Virus record (IMG/VR): IMGVR_UViG_3300045988_181536
Coordinates: 1-64,000 of that record
DNA length: 64,000 nt
Strand: one strand, 5' to 3'
DNA from: a virus
Part shown: positions 38,648 to 48,882 of the stretch, in pieces
Position numbering within the stretch: the stretch's first letter is position 1
Layout: each line of letters opens with the position of its first letter
Translations under genes and position numbers: made by a program
Notes under the pieces: generated by a model
What the model was told of the DNA's origin: nothing
Seen by the model: the letters and a program-made list of their open reading frames with translations, nothing else
Database searches by the model: none

Positions 38648-38703
38648 TATTGACATTATCTGTAGGCTGGGTTTGGCTGAATGCTGTTTAATCATTAAAG
38701 TAA

Positions 38704-41112
38704 ATGGCAAGAAGTTTTAACGTAAATCCAGACGGCAATTTAAATAATTCGGATTTAAATTTAAAATCCGAAAATAATAAGCTATTAAAAGGTTTAACGC
38801 CTTTAGCCGGAAGAACGGAAGCGTTAGAAGCTTGCGAAGCGGAAACGCCTACTCCTGCTACATGCATTTATCCAAGGTCTAAAGTTAAAAAAATTATCGA
38901 GGATTTCCGTAAATTACACAAAAACAATTTGTGTAATCCGACCCCGTATGATCCGTGCATATTAGATGATACAGGTCTTGTTGTGCCTGATGCTACGCCT
39001 GAAATAAATATTATCAAAGACGAGATTTATCCGGCTCAAAATTATGAAGTAAGATTAAATTGCGCAGATGTTTATGAGGAATACAGCAACTTATCTGAAA
39101 ATAACGCATACTATACCTTCATAAATAATCCTGATGCGGAAGTTGTTATACCTGAGGGCACATATATACGTACTCTTAGAAATGCTACTGAAGCTCAAAA
39201 AAAGCAGGTTAGACTTGAATTAACTAATTTAGCCAAGACGCAAGCGATATCGCAATTAACCTGTGGTCTATCTAATAAGGAATATACATTAAAGTGTCCC
39301 ACGGAACAACAAGCAGATGGCACAGAAACAGACGTAACGGCGCTAATTGTCAATACAAGAGCTTCCACCGTCATTCAGGATGATATTGTTGTTGATTTTA
39401 ATACTGAAGATGTTGGGGTAAATGCTACAGACGGAAGTATTGTTTTAGTCTCAAATAATTTTGCAAATTATGATACATCATTAAGATCCCAATTATTCTC
39501 CAGGGCGATAAGCGGCCTTTCATGCACTTACGGTAACGAACAGTATACCGTGGTATGCGGAGAAATGCCTGCAAATGTAAACGTGGATAATTTGGTGCAA
39601 AATGTCGATGACGAAATGCAGACCGTGGAGATTGGCAGTTTTATAAAAAATCTTTCCGCGTTTTATAGCCAATTTTATGTTTCTGATACTCGCGCTTGGG
39701 ATTTAGACAATTACGGTAGCACAGATAGTATTAATGAAAAATTAAAAGAATTGGTTGCTGAATTAATTGAGGAGGTTAATTCTCAAGCAGTTGCCATATT
39801 AACAAGTTCTTCCACATGTAATTATGGAAATATAGGGTTAGATATCACATGCCCTACAGGATATAATGCAATGGTAGCTGATGATATTAATTCTACCATT
39901 GATGAAAATATATTTGTTGTATCCGAACCTACCTCGGATATGAATTTAACATCGACAGTCGGTTCCGGTTCACATGCTTATAACTTAAACTTTGATTTAA
40001 CCGATAGCAATGCAACTTTAATTTATAATTCGATTTCCGGACAGGTTGAAAATAGAAAAGATTCTTATACATCCTATAACTGCGGTATTTATAACAACAC
40101 GGTAACGGTTTATTGCGATCGCGCTACAGCAGAAGCTGCTTCGGATAATGCAGGGGATGCAATTATATTTCGCACCACAGATGCAGTTACGGATGAGACG
40201 ACATTTTTTAGGTTTTATATAACAAATCATGCTAATAGTTTATTAGTTGCAAAGGCCGTAAATACAAATGTGCCTACGAAAGATTTAAAATTAGCAATGA
40301 GTGTATCAGATTATTTATCTGATACGGGCCTTACAAATCGGCAAACATACTATCCCGATGGCATTTATCTATGGGAGCATGACTATCCAAGCGATCAAAA
40401 AGTTGGGAATGATCCCACAGTCACAGTTAATAATGATCCATGGCAATGCTATCCTATGGGAGTGGCAAATTATCCCACAGGAGGTACGGGTACAAATGCT
40501 TATGCCTTGTCCGCATGTTCCCATAATGCCGATAGTCCAATATCGTCCAAATATACATTTACTACGACAACCGAAGGCAATTGTGAAATTAATTCCCTTG
40601 TATCCGAAGGCTATCCGTTTACAAACGTGACGGATCCTGAAGCATTGTATCAGCCAATTGAGATAAGACTCGCAGACGAAGGTATGGGAATAACATCTTT
40701 TTCCATTCTTGCTAAATCGTTTATCGAATTATATCAAAACAATGTGGATGACGGCACGCCTTATTCACCGCAAGAACTTCAAGCTATGGTAAATGAACGC
40801 GCGGTAGAACAGGCACGTTCAGGTGTTAGTTGTTTATATGGCAATATATTAATTCATGAGGAAGATTGTTCAATTAAGATAGGATCCTGCACGCCGTTTG
40901 AGAATAATATCCCACCGCCTCAAATTCCGGCAAATACTTATTTTGCAGATACACCTACAAATGCGGATAGACAAGCTGTGACCGCTCATAACGCTATGGC
41001 GTTTTGCTTATGTGCAGACTGGATAGGCGGGGGAGGTTCGTCGCTTTCAATTAATTTAGATGGTTCGTGTAGTGATAATTGCACGGAACAATATTGTGTA
41101 TTTTCTGTATAA
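38704..41112 (+). CDS. cysteine-repeat structural protein (802 aa)
   Basis: At least five copies of a C-x(4-5)-N-x(2)-Y-T-x-x-C module: LTCGLSNKEYTLKC, LSCTYGNEQYTVVC, STCNYGNIGLDITC, YNCGIYNNTVTVYC, VSCLYGNILIHEEDC. Confidence 0.45.
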   Translation: MARSFNVNPDGNLNNSDLNLKSENNKLLKGLTPLAGRTEALEACEAETPTPATCIYPRSKVKKIIEDFRKLHKNNLCNPTPYDPCILDDTGLVVPDATPEINIIKDEIYPAQNYEVRLNCADVYEEYSNLSENNAYYTFINNPDAEVVIPEGTYIRTLRNATEAQKKQVRLELTNLAKTQAISQLTCGLSNKEYTLKCPTEQQADGTETDVTALIVNTRASTVIQDDIVVDFNTEDVGVNATDGSIVLVSNNFANYDTSLRSQLFSRAISGLSCTYGNEQYTVVCGEMPANVNVDNLVQNVDDEMQTVEIGSFIKNLSAFYSQFYVSDTRAWDLDNYGSTDSINEKLKELVAELIEEVNSQAVAILTSSSTCNYGNIGLDITCPTGYNAMVADDINSTIDENIFVVSEPTSDMNLTSTVGSGSHAYNLNFDLTDSNATLIYNSISGQVENRKDSYTSYNCGIYNNTVTVYCDRATAEAASDNAGDAIIFRTTDAVTDETTFFRFYITNHANSLLVAKAVNTNVPTKDLKLAMSVSDYLSDTGLTNRQTYYPDGIYLWEHDYPSDQKVGNDPTVTVNNDPWQCYPMGVANYPTGGTGTNAYALSACSHNADSPISSKYTFTTTTEGNCEINSLVSEGYPFTNVTDPEALYQPIEIRLADEGMGITSFSILAKSFIELYQNNVDDGTPYSPQELQAMVNERAVEQARSGVSCLYGNILIHEEDCSIKIGSCTPFENNIPPPQIPANTYFADTPTNADRQAVTAHNAMAFCLCADWIGGGGSSLSINLDGSCSDNCTEQYCVFSV

Positions 41113-41118
41113 TAAATT

Positions 41119-44064
41119 ATGGCTTGCCTTACTTGGTCAGAATATTGCAACAAATTTGCGGATTCGGGAATTTTTGATCCGGAAAATTATGCGCCGGCAA
41201 GTAGTGGTGAACCCTCGAATGTGTATTTAAAAGACTCTCCTGCATATCTTGGATATAAAAATGAGTTAGCTCCTATTCAATTAGATCAAAATGATGTGAT
41301 ATACATGGCACGGGATATTGTTAGCGGAGATTTTTTTCTTGGCTTGCCGGATGATTTAATTAACGGAAATAAAGGAGGAAATTACGCTCAATATTTAGAA
41401 AATATGTTAAGGCTGTGCAAGCCTATAACAATAACTTCTGATGTATCCGGTTGCAAATGTTTCACCATGACAGCTGTGCCTGCGCCATCAATAACTCCAA
41501 TAACTTTTACGGATTATTTTTATACAAAAGAACAAGTGTTTAGCAATATACCTAATATCGGCATATTATTATATTATAACGGCAGAGAATATGATACCTA
41601 TGTAGATATATTGGCTAAGTCTCCAACCGGAGACGACTACACATGGCATGATCGCATAACTATGGTTTCACAAAGCGATTTGTCTAATATTCCAAATAAT
41701 TATTATGACATTTTGCCTAATTATTGGCTTAGGATGTTTTCATTTGATTCGGAAATTGATAGGCTTATACCTGAAGATAACACACGAAGATTAAATAGCA
41801 ATATAGTACGAGCACCTATAAATGCCAATATGGTAAAAGCTCGCATGATGGGAGACGGTTTAAACTTCAATTTACAATTTGAAACAACTGGAATAAATGC
41901 GCAATATGGCGCAGCATCTCCCATGATGAATGCGGCTTTGGCCAATTTCTCTGAATCCTTTGATGCAGGGCAACAAAGAATGGCAGCGGCATTTAAGAAT
42001 TTAGAGTCGGTAACAAACAATTTTAAATCTGCACAAGGAGATCCTTGTTCAAATGATTTATTTATGGTTGCAAGACACGTTGAACCAGATGAGGATCAGG
42101 CTGTTAGATTTATCTGCGGAGTTTCTGCATTCCGGGGGCCGTTAACTATTTCCTTTGGTCCGTCACGTGCAGATTTAACTATGGTCAAGAACACCTTTGA
42201 CTGGATATATAGCACATTAAAAGCTGATTGTAATGGATCAAGTGATTTAAATATTTTAACTTTAACGGATCCCACCGATATGTGTTACTTTTATCAAGAC
42301 AGTGATACAGTACCATGTTGTCAGGAAGTCGATATGTATATGTCTCCTTCAGGAAGCACCACAGGCTGGAATGATAGTGAACTTTGGTCTGCATACAGCA
42401 AGTTTGATATTGAAGGATGGACGCCTCCTGCCGATTGGGATTATGATGGTTTAGTAGTATTTCGAAAGTCTTATGTGCATCGAGTTTTAAGTTCAGATAT
42501 ACTACTCCGTAGATTAGTTGTCAGTGACAATTTATTTTCTGCAATTGAGGAATGTTTTCAAAATTTAGTTAATGATTATTGCGAAGGAGAAAAACCTTCT
42601 CCTGGAGGGGGAGGGGAAGAAGAGCAATGTCCTACAAGAGATTATTCTTATGTTTGGTCAGGATGTAATGTAAATATTAATGATCCAATAACATTTGTAA
42701 ATTCAGAATATGGTGCTCTGGCGAAGATACCCGCTGCAGCGCAAGCTTTAATTAATTGTCAAAGTTTACCGGAATCTGTAAGCACCTGTAGTGGATTATC
42801 GGAAATAGAAGAATATCAAGGTTTAATTATTGCTCGTGATTTAACCTCATACAATATTGAAGCAACTTGCAATTGTCCTGAAGGACAATCTTGTGATTGC
42901 GGCATGCAGGGATCAGCTTATACTTTGGATGAATGTTGTTATGAGGGTGGTGTAACGGGTGGGCAGACTTGGGATCCAGATACAGGTACCTGTGTGTCTG
43001 GGGGAGGAGTTCCATGGAATGAGTATACTCCTTGCGACGTTATGCAATACTCGCAATCTCCATACTGCCAAATAAATGTTACAACAGAACATATTTATGA
43101 TGTAGTTAAACAATTTTATCAAGAAAATTATCCGCCTCATCCAAGTAAATGTCTTTATTCCACTATTGCTTCAGGAGGATCATTTGGAGCAAGTTATGAA
43201 ATACCATTTTTAAATTATAGATGGGATGAGGAGTTAAATAATTATTTATACTCAACAAGTTCTACGGATTACGGTGATATAGAATTTGATCCAAATAAAG
43301 ATCCGACCCAAAATCCCAACGATGATGGATCTGGAAATGGTGGTGAATCTCATCCTCAAAAAGGCGGTGGTGGCGGAGGATCTGGTGGATCGGATTATCC
43401 ACGAACACCAGGAGTATATCATCGATCAGCCTTGATGGGAACATCCTACGAGCAAGAACCCCCTGGTCCAGATGGTACTCCTGGCAGATTGATTAAAGTT
43501 ACTAAGCAAGTAGGTTGGAAATCTTGGAATAAATGCGCACAACTTGGTTGGGCACGATGGTCATTTGGGAGTAATATTACAAATCCCCCAGAGATGAGCG
43601 TGGCATATTGCGACCACATAAATGGGCAAGATTCTTATCAACCTGGTCGTGATTACGCATGGGATCCAGGCTTAAGTTTTAGAAGTAAACCTATTTTATG
43701 TTGTTTACCTCCAGGGGGTTCAGCAGTTTGTGGCCCTGGAGAAACTTATCAATTACACTTAACCCAAGATCCAAATAATCCTTACAACGAAGTTGATACA
43801 AGCACTTGGCAATTGTCGGGTTCTTTTCAACTTTCATCTGATTTAACTTATGCCTACATTCATGGCAGTGCTGTTTTGGGCATACCTTCTCTCCATGGTA
43901 CGGTTACTTATCAAGACACATCGGGCGGGTATTTTATGGCACCGGATGGTAGCGGTATGGTTTCTGTAGACGTAAGGGATTGTCAAAATGGAACATGTGG
44001 CTCGGTATCTTGTGTAATTAATGTTCAGCCAAGTTATAATCTACGAAATGTGTATCCTACTTAA
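41119..44064 (+). CDS. cysteine-rich, Gly-rich structural protein (981 aa)
   Basis: CNCPEGQSCDCGMQGSAYTLDECCYEGG..TCVSGGG, a Gly run KGGGGGGSGGSD, and CNKFAD at the N-terminus. Confidence 0.45.
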   Translation: MACLTWSEYCNKFADSGIFDPENYAPASSGEPSNVYLKDSPAYLGYKNELAPIQLDQNDVIYMARDIVSGDFFLGLPDDLINGNKGGNYAQYLENMLRLCKPITITSDVSGCKCFTMTAVPAPSITPITFTDYFYTKEQVFSNIPNIGILLYYNGREYDTYVDILAKSPTGDDYTWHDRITMVSQSDLSNIPNNYYDILPNYWLRMFSFDSEIDRLIPEDNTRRLNSNIVRAPINANMVKARMMGDGLNFNLQFETTGINAQYGAASPMMNAALANFSESFDAGQQRMAAAFKNLESVTNNFKSAQGDPCSNDLFMVARHVEPDEDQAVRFICGVSAFRGPLTISFGPSRADLTMVKNTFDWIYSTLKADCNGSSDLNILTLTDPTDMCYFYQDSDTVPCCQEVDMYMSPSGSTTGWNDSELWSAYSKFDIEGWTPPADWDYDGLVVFRKSYVHRVLSSDILLRRLVVSDNLFSAIEECFQNLVNDYCEGEKPSPGGGGEEEQCPTRDYSYVWSGCNVNINDPITFVNSEYGALAKIPAAAQALINCQSLPESVSTCSGLSEIEEYQGLIIARDLTSYNIEATCNCPEGQSCDCGMQGSAYTLDECCYEGGVTGGQTWDPDTGTCVSGGGVPWNEYTPCDVMQYSQSPYCQINVTTEHIYDVVKQFYQENYPPHPSKCLYSTIASGGSFGASYEIPFLNYRWDEELNNYLYSTSSTDYGDIEFDPNKDPTQNPNDDGSGNGGESHPQKGGGGGGSGGSDYPRTPGVYHRSALMGTSYEQEPPGPDGTPGRLIKVTKQVGWKSWNKCAQLGWARWSFGSNITNPPEMSVAYCDHINGQDSYQPGRDYAWDPGLSFRSKPILCCLPPGGSAVCGPGETYQLHLTQDPNNPYNEVDTSTWQLSGSFQLSSDLTYAYIHGSAVLGIPSLHGTVTYQDTSGGYFMAPDGSGMVSVDVRDCQNGTCGSVSCVINVQPSYNLRNVYPT

Positions 44065-44078
44065 CTATTTAGATAGAT

Positions 44079-44882
44079 ATGAATAATGCGACAACATTTT
44101 TAGAGACTCATTCACCGTTAAATTTTTTAGCGTATACTAAACCTATTGGAATTGAGGATAGCGTGTTTTACTTAAACCCTCAATTATCTTTTTATGATGC
44201 AAGTTTGATTTTAAGTAATTTAGTATTTCGTGATCCTAATTTTTTAAAATTAGAAGAGATAATAGAAAGAATTTTACCTGATATAAAAATTAAGTCTTTA
44301 GTATTTAATTTTCAAAAAGATAAAACAAACGAACTTTCTTATTTATTCTTTTTAAATCATATATTTTTTGGAGATAATTTAGGCTTTCCGTTATGTCCTC
44401 AACCTGTTGTACAACAGATTCAATCAGTTTATGAATCTTTAATTGATTCTTTAAAAATAGCTACGGTAACCAAGCGCATGTGTTTGTTGTCTTTGAATTT
44501 TAACTTAGGTAAAAAAGATCAAATCTTAGATTATTATTATACTCAAGCTAAAGATATTTGCAAAAGTTATTGGAGTTTAAATGAGGAGAAAACAATTGAA
44601 TCTATTTCATTAGAGCAATTAGCTAAACATTATGTTGCTATTTTAGCTGATAAGATATTTTATAACCCAATATATCGAAATATTTTATCCGGCATAGCAA
44701 TAGTAAATGGAGAAGCAGCAGAGGTATCTCAGACTTTTCAATATCCAGCCTTAATGACGTTATTTAATTGGATGTCTAAATTATCTCGCAGAGGTATGCA
44801 AAAATTATTGCAAGACATGGACAATAAATATCATTTAGAAGTAAAGGATGAAAATGCAGATAAAATTATATTTAAACAATAA
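44079..44882 (+). CDS. hypothetical protein (AT-rich island)
   Basis: 267 aa, in markedly AT-richer sequence. Confidence 0.4.
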   Translation: MNNATTFLETHSPLNFLAYTKPIGIEDSVFYLNPQLSFYDASLILSNLVFRDPNFLKLEEIIERILPDIKIKSLVFNFQKDKTNELSYLFFLNHIFFGDNLGFPLCPQPVVQQIQSVYESLIDSLKIATVTKRMCLLSLNFNLGKKDQILDYYYTQAKDICKSYWSLNEEKTIESISLEQLAKHYVAILADKIFYNPIYRNILSGIAIVNGEAAEVSQTFQYPALMTLFNWMSKLSRRGMQKLLQDMDNKYHLEVKDENADKIIFKQ

Positions 44883-45519
44883 AGAAATTTCTGATAATTT
44901 AGTTGTAACATTCTTCGATGTTAAGTCAGATACTTTAAAAATTAATTTAAAAAAGGAAATTTCCAGTTTATTAGAAAATAAAACAGAAAGTTTGTTTAAA
45001 TTTATAACACCTGAGCAAGTTGAGTTTTCTAAAGTTTGGAATTTGGATATTCGTAAGTTTTTACCGATATCTTTAGCGGAAAGCTTAGAAAAAGTTTTAA
45101 ATGTCATTATTAATAACGATGAAAGTTCAATAGATAAATCTTTAGAAACTTTACTAACACAATTTAAAAAATTTATTTCCGCAGAAGATATATTGCGCCT
45201 TAAATCCATTTTTGTTAATAAACCTGAATTGTTAAAGACAGAATTAAGACAAAAGTTTTTAAGAAATTTAGTAGATAATGATTTGCGTTTAAAAAATTAT
45301 ATTTCTGCATTGTTGACAGATTTTTTAAATTTTAGATCAATTAAAACTGCAGAAGATTTGGTAAGACTCCATTCAAAGCCTATCAAAGATCTTGCTATAT
45401 TAATGTTGGAAGAGAAAGACGAAATGAAAAATCGCAAAGGATGTACAAGTTGCATGCTTAATACGATTACGAAAAAATATATGACGCTTTTAATTGAACT
45501 AAAAACCTACGCAAATTAA
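44848..45519 (+). CDS. hypothetical protein with C-terminal GCTSC motif (paralogue of 45988..46764)
   Basis: KNRKGCTSCMLNTITKKYMTLLIELK at the C-terminus. Internal QFKKFISAED resembles the NFxKFAS motif. Confidence 0.4.
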   Translation: MKMQIKLYLNNKEISDNLVVTFFDVKSDTLKINLKKEISSLLENKTESLFKFITPEQVEFSKVWNLDIRKFLPISLAESLEKVLNVIINNDESSIDKSLETLLTQFKKFISAEDILRLKSIFVNKPELLKTELRQKFLRNLVDNDLRLKNYISALLTDFLNFRSIKTAEDLVRLHSKPIKDLAILMLEEKDEMKNRKGCTSCMLNTITKKYMTLLIELKTYAN

Positions 45520-45533
45520 GAAAGGAAAATATA

Positions 45534-45995
45534 ATGGAATTATTTGTTTTATTTATTTTAACATGGTTAATTGCCACATCATTACTTTTTACTTGGTTTA
45601 AAAGCAGTATGCCTTCGTTGGTTTTTGCTTTTTTAAAAAAATTGGGATGGAAAAGAAAAGATCCAAATTTCTGGAAAACACCCTCAGATGAATACATGTC
45701 CCCAAACAGTGAAGCAAGATCTCCACTTACATGGTCTCGCATGGACTGGGAAGGTTCAGATAAAGGCTACGAAGGATGGGCACAGACACGTTTAGGAAAT
45801 TTTTTTGGGGAACTATTAACATGTAGATATTGTTTATGTTATCATGTAGTTTTTTGGACTAATCTTTTGGTATTTATTTTTACTGGAATGATAATAACAT
45901 CTTGGAATTGGATGCTGATATTTATTTTTGCGCAACCCATCCTAGTTCATGTAATATTTAATATAGTGGAGTTTTTGGAGGGTAAACATGACTAA
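45534..45995 (+). CDS. integral membrane protein (2-3 TM helices)
   Basis: ELFVLFILTWLIATSLLFTWF and HVVFWTNLLVFIFTGMIITSWNWMLIFIFAQPILVHVIF. SD aaggaaa. Confidence 0.45.
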   Translation: MELFVLFILTWLIATSLLFTWFKSSMPSLVFAFLKKLGWKRKDPNFWKTPSDEYMSPNSEARSPLTWSRMDWEGSDKGYEGWAQTRLGNFFGELLTCRYCLCYHVVFWTNLLVFIFTGMIITSWNWMLIFIFAQPILVHVIFNIVEFLEGKHD

Positions 45996-46764
45996 AAGTT
46001 TGGAATTATGTGTACAATTATTGTCTACAAAAGAGCAAATACCTTTTAAAGCTGTATTTGCTAACAATAAAATTATTATTCTCGTAGATGACACGGCTTT
46101 AAATATAGCTAAAGTTGCTGAAGTCGAAATGCCCAAAGGTACACAGATGCCTTCTGTTGTTTTGCCGGATGTAAAAAATAACATGGACACATCTGATGCA
46201 GTTGCCAGTACATATTCGGTTATAGCAGAGTTTCCTCCAATGCTTATAGCTCATTTGGATAAAACAATATTTAGTCTTCTATCTGATGCAGAAACTTTAT
46301 CCTGGGAACAACTAAGTGCAAAATATCCTAAACCTATTGCGGATATATTAAGCAAACGTTCGGAAAAATTACAAAAAGCCATTGAGCAATGGAAACAACA
46401 ACATCCAAATCAAAATGAATGTCCTTCTTGTATCTCAGGATCAATTAATAGGCGTTTGATTCTACAACTGTTGCCTTTTTATTACAAAAACGACTTTACG
46501 ATTATAATAGAACTAATTGATATTTTACTTAACTATGTAAATAAAGGCATAACCAAAAAAGATGTATATCAAAGCATAAAATTATCTGTAAAACATTCTT
46601 CGGATATTGCTATAAATATATTAGATAATTATCTAACAGAAATAAACAATCTAAAGTCCGGATGTACTTCTTGCGCTAAAAATGCTGTAAAGCGAAAATA
46701 TAATAATATTATTGTTGCGCAATTAAAAGAAATTTTAAAAAATCCTTCTTATGTCGAAACTTAG
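45988..46764 (+). CDS. hypothetical protein with two C(P/T)SC motifs (paralogue of 44848..45519)
   Basis: NQNECPSCISGSINRRLILQLL and NNLKSGCTSCAKNAVKRKYNNIIVAQLKEILK. Confidence 0.45.
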   Translation: MTKSLELCVQLLSTKEQIPFKAVFANNKIIILVDDTALNIAKVAEVEMPKGTQMPSVVLPDVKNNMDTSDAVASTYSVIAEFPPMLIAHLDKTIFSLLSDAETLSWEQLSAKYPKPIADILSKRSEKLQKAIEQWKQQHPNQNECPSCISGSINRRLILQLLPFYYKNDFTIIIELIDILLNYVNKGITKKDVYQSIKLSVKHSSDIAINILDNYLTEINNLKSGCTSCAKNAVKRKYNNIIVAQLKEILKNPSYVET

Positions 46765-46987
46765 TCAAAAATATCAACCTAAATTTGCGTTTGATGCATC
46801 TAAAGGCGCCTTTGTGCCAACAGAAGTTAAAGCTGCAATATCTACTATTGCCGAACATTCTTTATTTGCAAAACCTAAAACATTAATGGATAAGCCTAAA
46901 ACTGCGGCTGCATTTAAATCAAAATGGGCAAAATCTACAAAACATAGCACTTGGGGAGGAAGCAGCCGCAGATGTTGTGGCAAATAG
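46751..46987 (+). CDS. small hypothetical protein
   Basis: 78-aa ORF overlapping the upstream stop. Weak support. Confidence 0.3.
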   Translation: MSKLSQKYQPKFAFDASKGAFVPTEVKAAISTIAEHSLFAKPKTLMDKPKTAAAFKSKWAKSTKHSTWGGSSRRCCGK

Positions 46988-47045
46988 TTCTTTAAAAGGC
47001 TTGCTTTTTGCTTAAATTTTTGCTTGGGTTTTAGTTAAAAGTTCA

Positions 47046-47987
47046 ATGCCTAAAGACACTTCATATTTTGAAACAGCAGGAACCCGTCCGGTATGGGATC
47101 CTGATTTTTCGTCTTCGGAAACAGCCAGATACAATGATTATGATCAAGACAATGTAAAGGTTATTAACGAAGATCTAAATGACGATATGGAACTTTTATC
47201 CGAGATGGATAAAAATCCGGATTCGTTCATAAACGATAATCAAAAATTAACGTATGAAGAGGCTTATAGGAACTATCGTCAAAATCCAAATGTATCTAAT
47301 TTAAATAAAGTTATACATAGTTTGGGAGATACGATAAATTATTCTTTGGCTTCAAACAACGCCAGCGGGGATCCTTTGTTGGAGGCTAAGGCTAAACTAA
47401 TTACTGCAAAAGCAGTTAAGGAATTTGACCCTGGGTATAAAGTCAGTTTGCCCACCTATGTCTCTTCACAACTTCGCAAGATGACCCGCCTTGCCAGAGA
47501 TTTAAGAAATCCAATTAAGATTCCGGAAAGATATATCTATGAATCGCAAAATCTGCAACAAGCGGAAAAGGACTTTATTGAAGAGCATGGAAGAGAACCG
47601 GATTTAACGGAACTTTCTGATGAGACCGGAATGTCTATTAAAAAAATTTTAGATATTCGCAAGAAATCTTTAAAACAAGTAAGTGAGCAGCAGGGTTTTA
47701 CCAATGTTAATAATGAGGATGACTCAGCGTCATCCATTGACGAAACAGCTGTTGCAGGACCGGATTTCTTGGAAGAGGCGCAAACTTACGTATATTATGG
47801 ATTGGATCATCGCCAAAAAAAGGTTTTTGAACACTTAACGGGTTTTGGCGGTGCAAAGGTTTTATCTCCTGCACAAATTTCCCAGAAATATAAGGTATCA
47901 TTGCCTACGATATCCCGCATGGCAAAAAGATTTGCAAAAGAAATAAGTGAAAACTACGACGCATTAGAAAGTGTATACGCCTCATGA
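47046..47987 (+). CDS. sigma-70 family RNA polymerase sigma factor (regions 2 and 4) with acidic N-terminal extension
   Basis: AVKEFDPGYKVSLPTYVSSQLRKMTR matches region 2.2-2.3 (AVEKFD..GYKFSTYATWWIRQAITR). DLRNPIKIPER matches region 2.4 (ARTIRIPVHM). LDHRQKKVFEHLTGFGGAKVLSPAQISQKYKVSLPTISRMAKRFAKEI matches the region 4 HTH pattern. Confidence 0.75.
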   Translation: MPKDTSYFETAGTRPVWDPDFSSSETARYNDYDQDNVKVINEDLNDDMELLSEMDKNPDSFINDNQKLTYEEAYRNYRQNPNVSNLNKVIHSLGDTINYSLASNNASGDPLLEAKAKLITAKAVKEFDPGYKVSLPTYVSSQLRKMTRLARDLRNPIKIPERYIYESQNLQQAEKDFIEEHGREPDLTELSDETGMSIKKILDIRKKSLKQVSEQQGFTNVNNEDDSASSIDETAVAGPDFLEEAQTYVYYGLDHRQKKVFEHLTGFGGAKVLSPAQISQKYKVSLPTISRMAKRFAKEISENYDALESVYAS

Positions 47988-48310
47988 AAATAGACGATTT
48001 TGCAAAAGCAACAATTGAAAACGTTTTAGATTTTATACAGGGAAAACCTTATAAATCTTTAAGCGAAATTGTTTCCGGAGATAATGACATTACATCTGCA
48101 GTAATGTTATTGCGAGCGGAGGCTGAAGGACTGGAAACATCTAAAGATCCTATTGAATATCAATTTGCTTTTGCATTAAAGCGAGATACCGTAAGCAGAT
48201 ATGCTTCTCGCAAACTTTTGTATAAAGCCGGATTGGACAAGAAGTTATATAATGCCAATTTAATGCAGGCTACATCGTTAATCAATAAAAAAATGAATGG
48301 AACTAATTAA
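47984..48310 (+). CDS. hypothetical protein coupled (ATGA overlap) to the sigma factor gene
   Basis: 108 aa, helical. Possible co-factor or regulator of the sigma factor, inferred from position only. Confidence 0.4.
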   Translation: MKIDDFAKATIENVLDFIQGKPYKSLSEIVSGDNDITSAVMLLRAEAEGLETSKDPIEYQFAFALKRDTVSRYASRKLLYKAGLDKKLYNANLMQATSLINKKMNGTN

Positions 48311-48315
48311 TAATA

Positions 48316-48879
48316 ATGAGTGCTATACAACAATTTAAATATCTTTGCGATGTTCCAAACCCTGCAGAATCAAGCTCCCCTGTATTTAATGGGGGAGTTA
48401 AATTAAATTTTGCCAGTGCGGTTAAGCCTAATATAACCGAAGATATCACTTTTGATTTTGATAATTTGGTTTATGGTAAAGACGCTACCATCCAAGATGC
48501 GATGGTTAATATAGGAACACGGCAAGGGAGCAATCCGTTGAACGAAGATGAAGGTACAACCTTGCAAGAAGATACTTTGAATTATGCGTTAGTTAGCTCA
48601 AATTATTTAACGCATACTTGCAATTTTGCAGGATCGGATACGAAGTTTTTTGAAAATCAATCCATAGGTTCCCTGAATAATATATTAGCCGATTACTTTA
48701 ATTCCCAACAAACAACAGTGCAATCTACGGTTGAAGCAAATACGACTTATGTAAATTCTATCACGGACTTAGTAGTAACACCGTATAAATTTACCTATGA
48801 TAAAGCTATATTAACGTTGCAGTTTACGTTTGACGACCAAACCATAATCGGTGAAATTGAATTAAACGCAGAATTTTAA
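48316..48879 (+). CDS. hypothetical baseplate-module protein
   Basis: 187 aa. Confidence 0.4.
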   Translation: MSAIQQFKYLCDVPNPAESSSPVFNGGVKLNFASAVKPNITEDITFDFDNLVYGKDATIQDAMVNIGTRQGSNPLNEDEGTTLQEDTLNYALVSSNYLTHTCNFAGSDTKFFENQSIGSLNNILADYFNSQQTTVQSTVEANTTYVNSITDLVVTPYKFTYDKAILTLQFTFDDQTIIGEIELNAEF

Positions 48880-48882
48880 AAA

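Noticed and set aside
38650-38700. TTGACA hexamer upstream of 38704, considered as a sigma-70 promoter
   Set aside because: No acceptable -10 hexamer at 16-18 nt spacing.
31861-40630. Nested + strand ORFs in alternative frames (31861..32067, 35457..35714, 40301..40630)
   Set aside because: Embedded inside long ORFs with coherent protein-like translations. The short alternatives have atypical composition.
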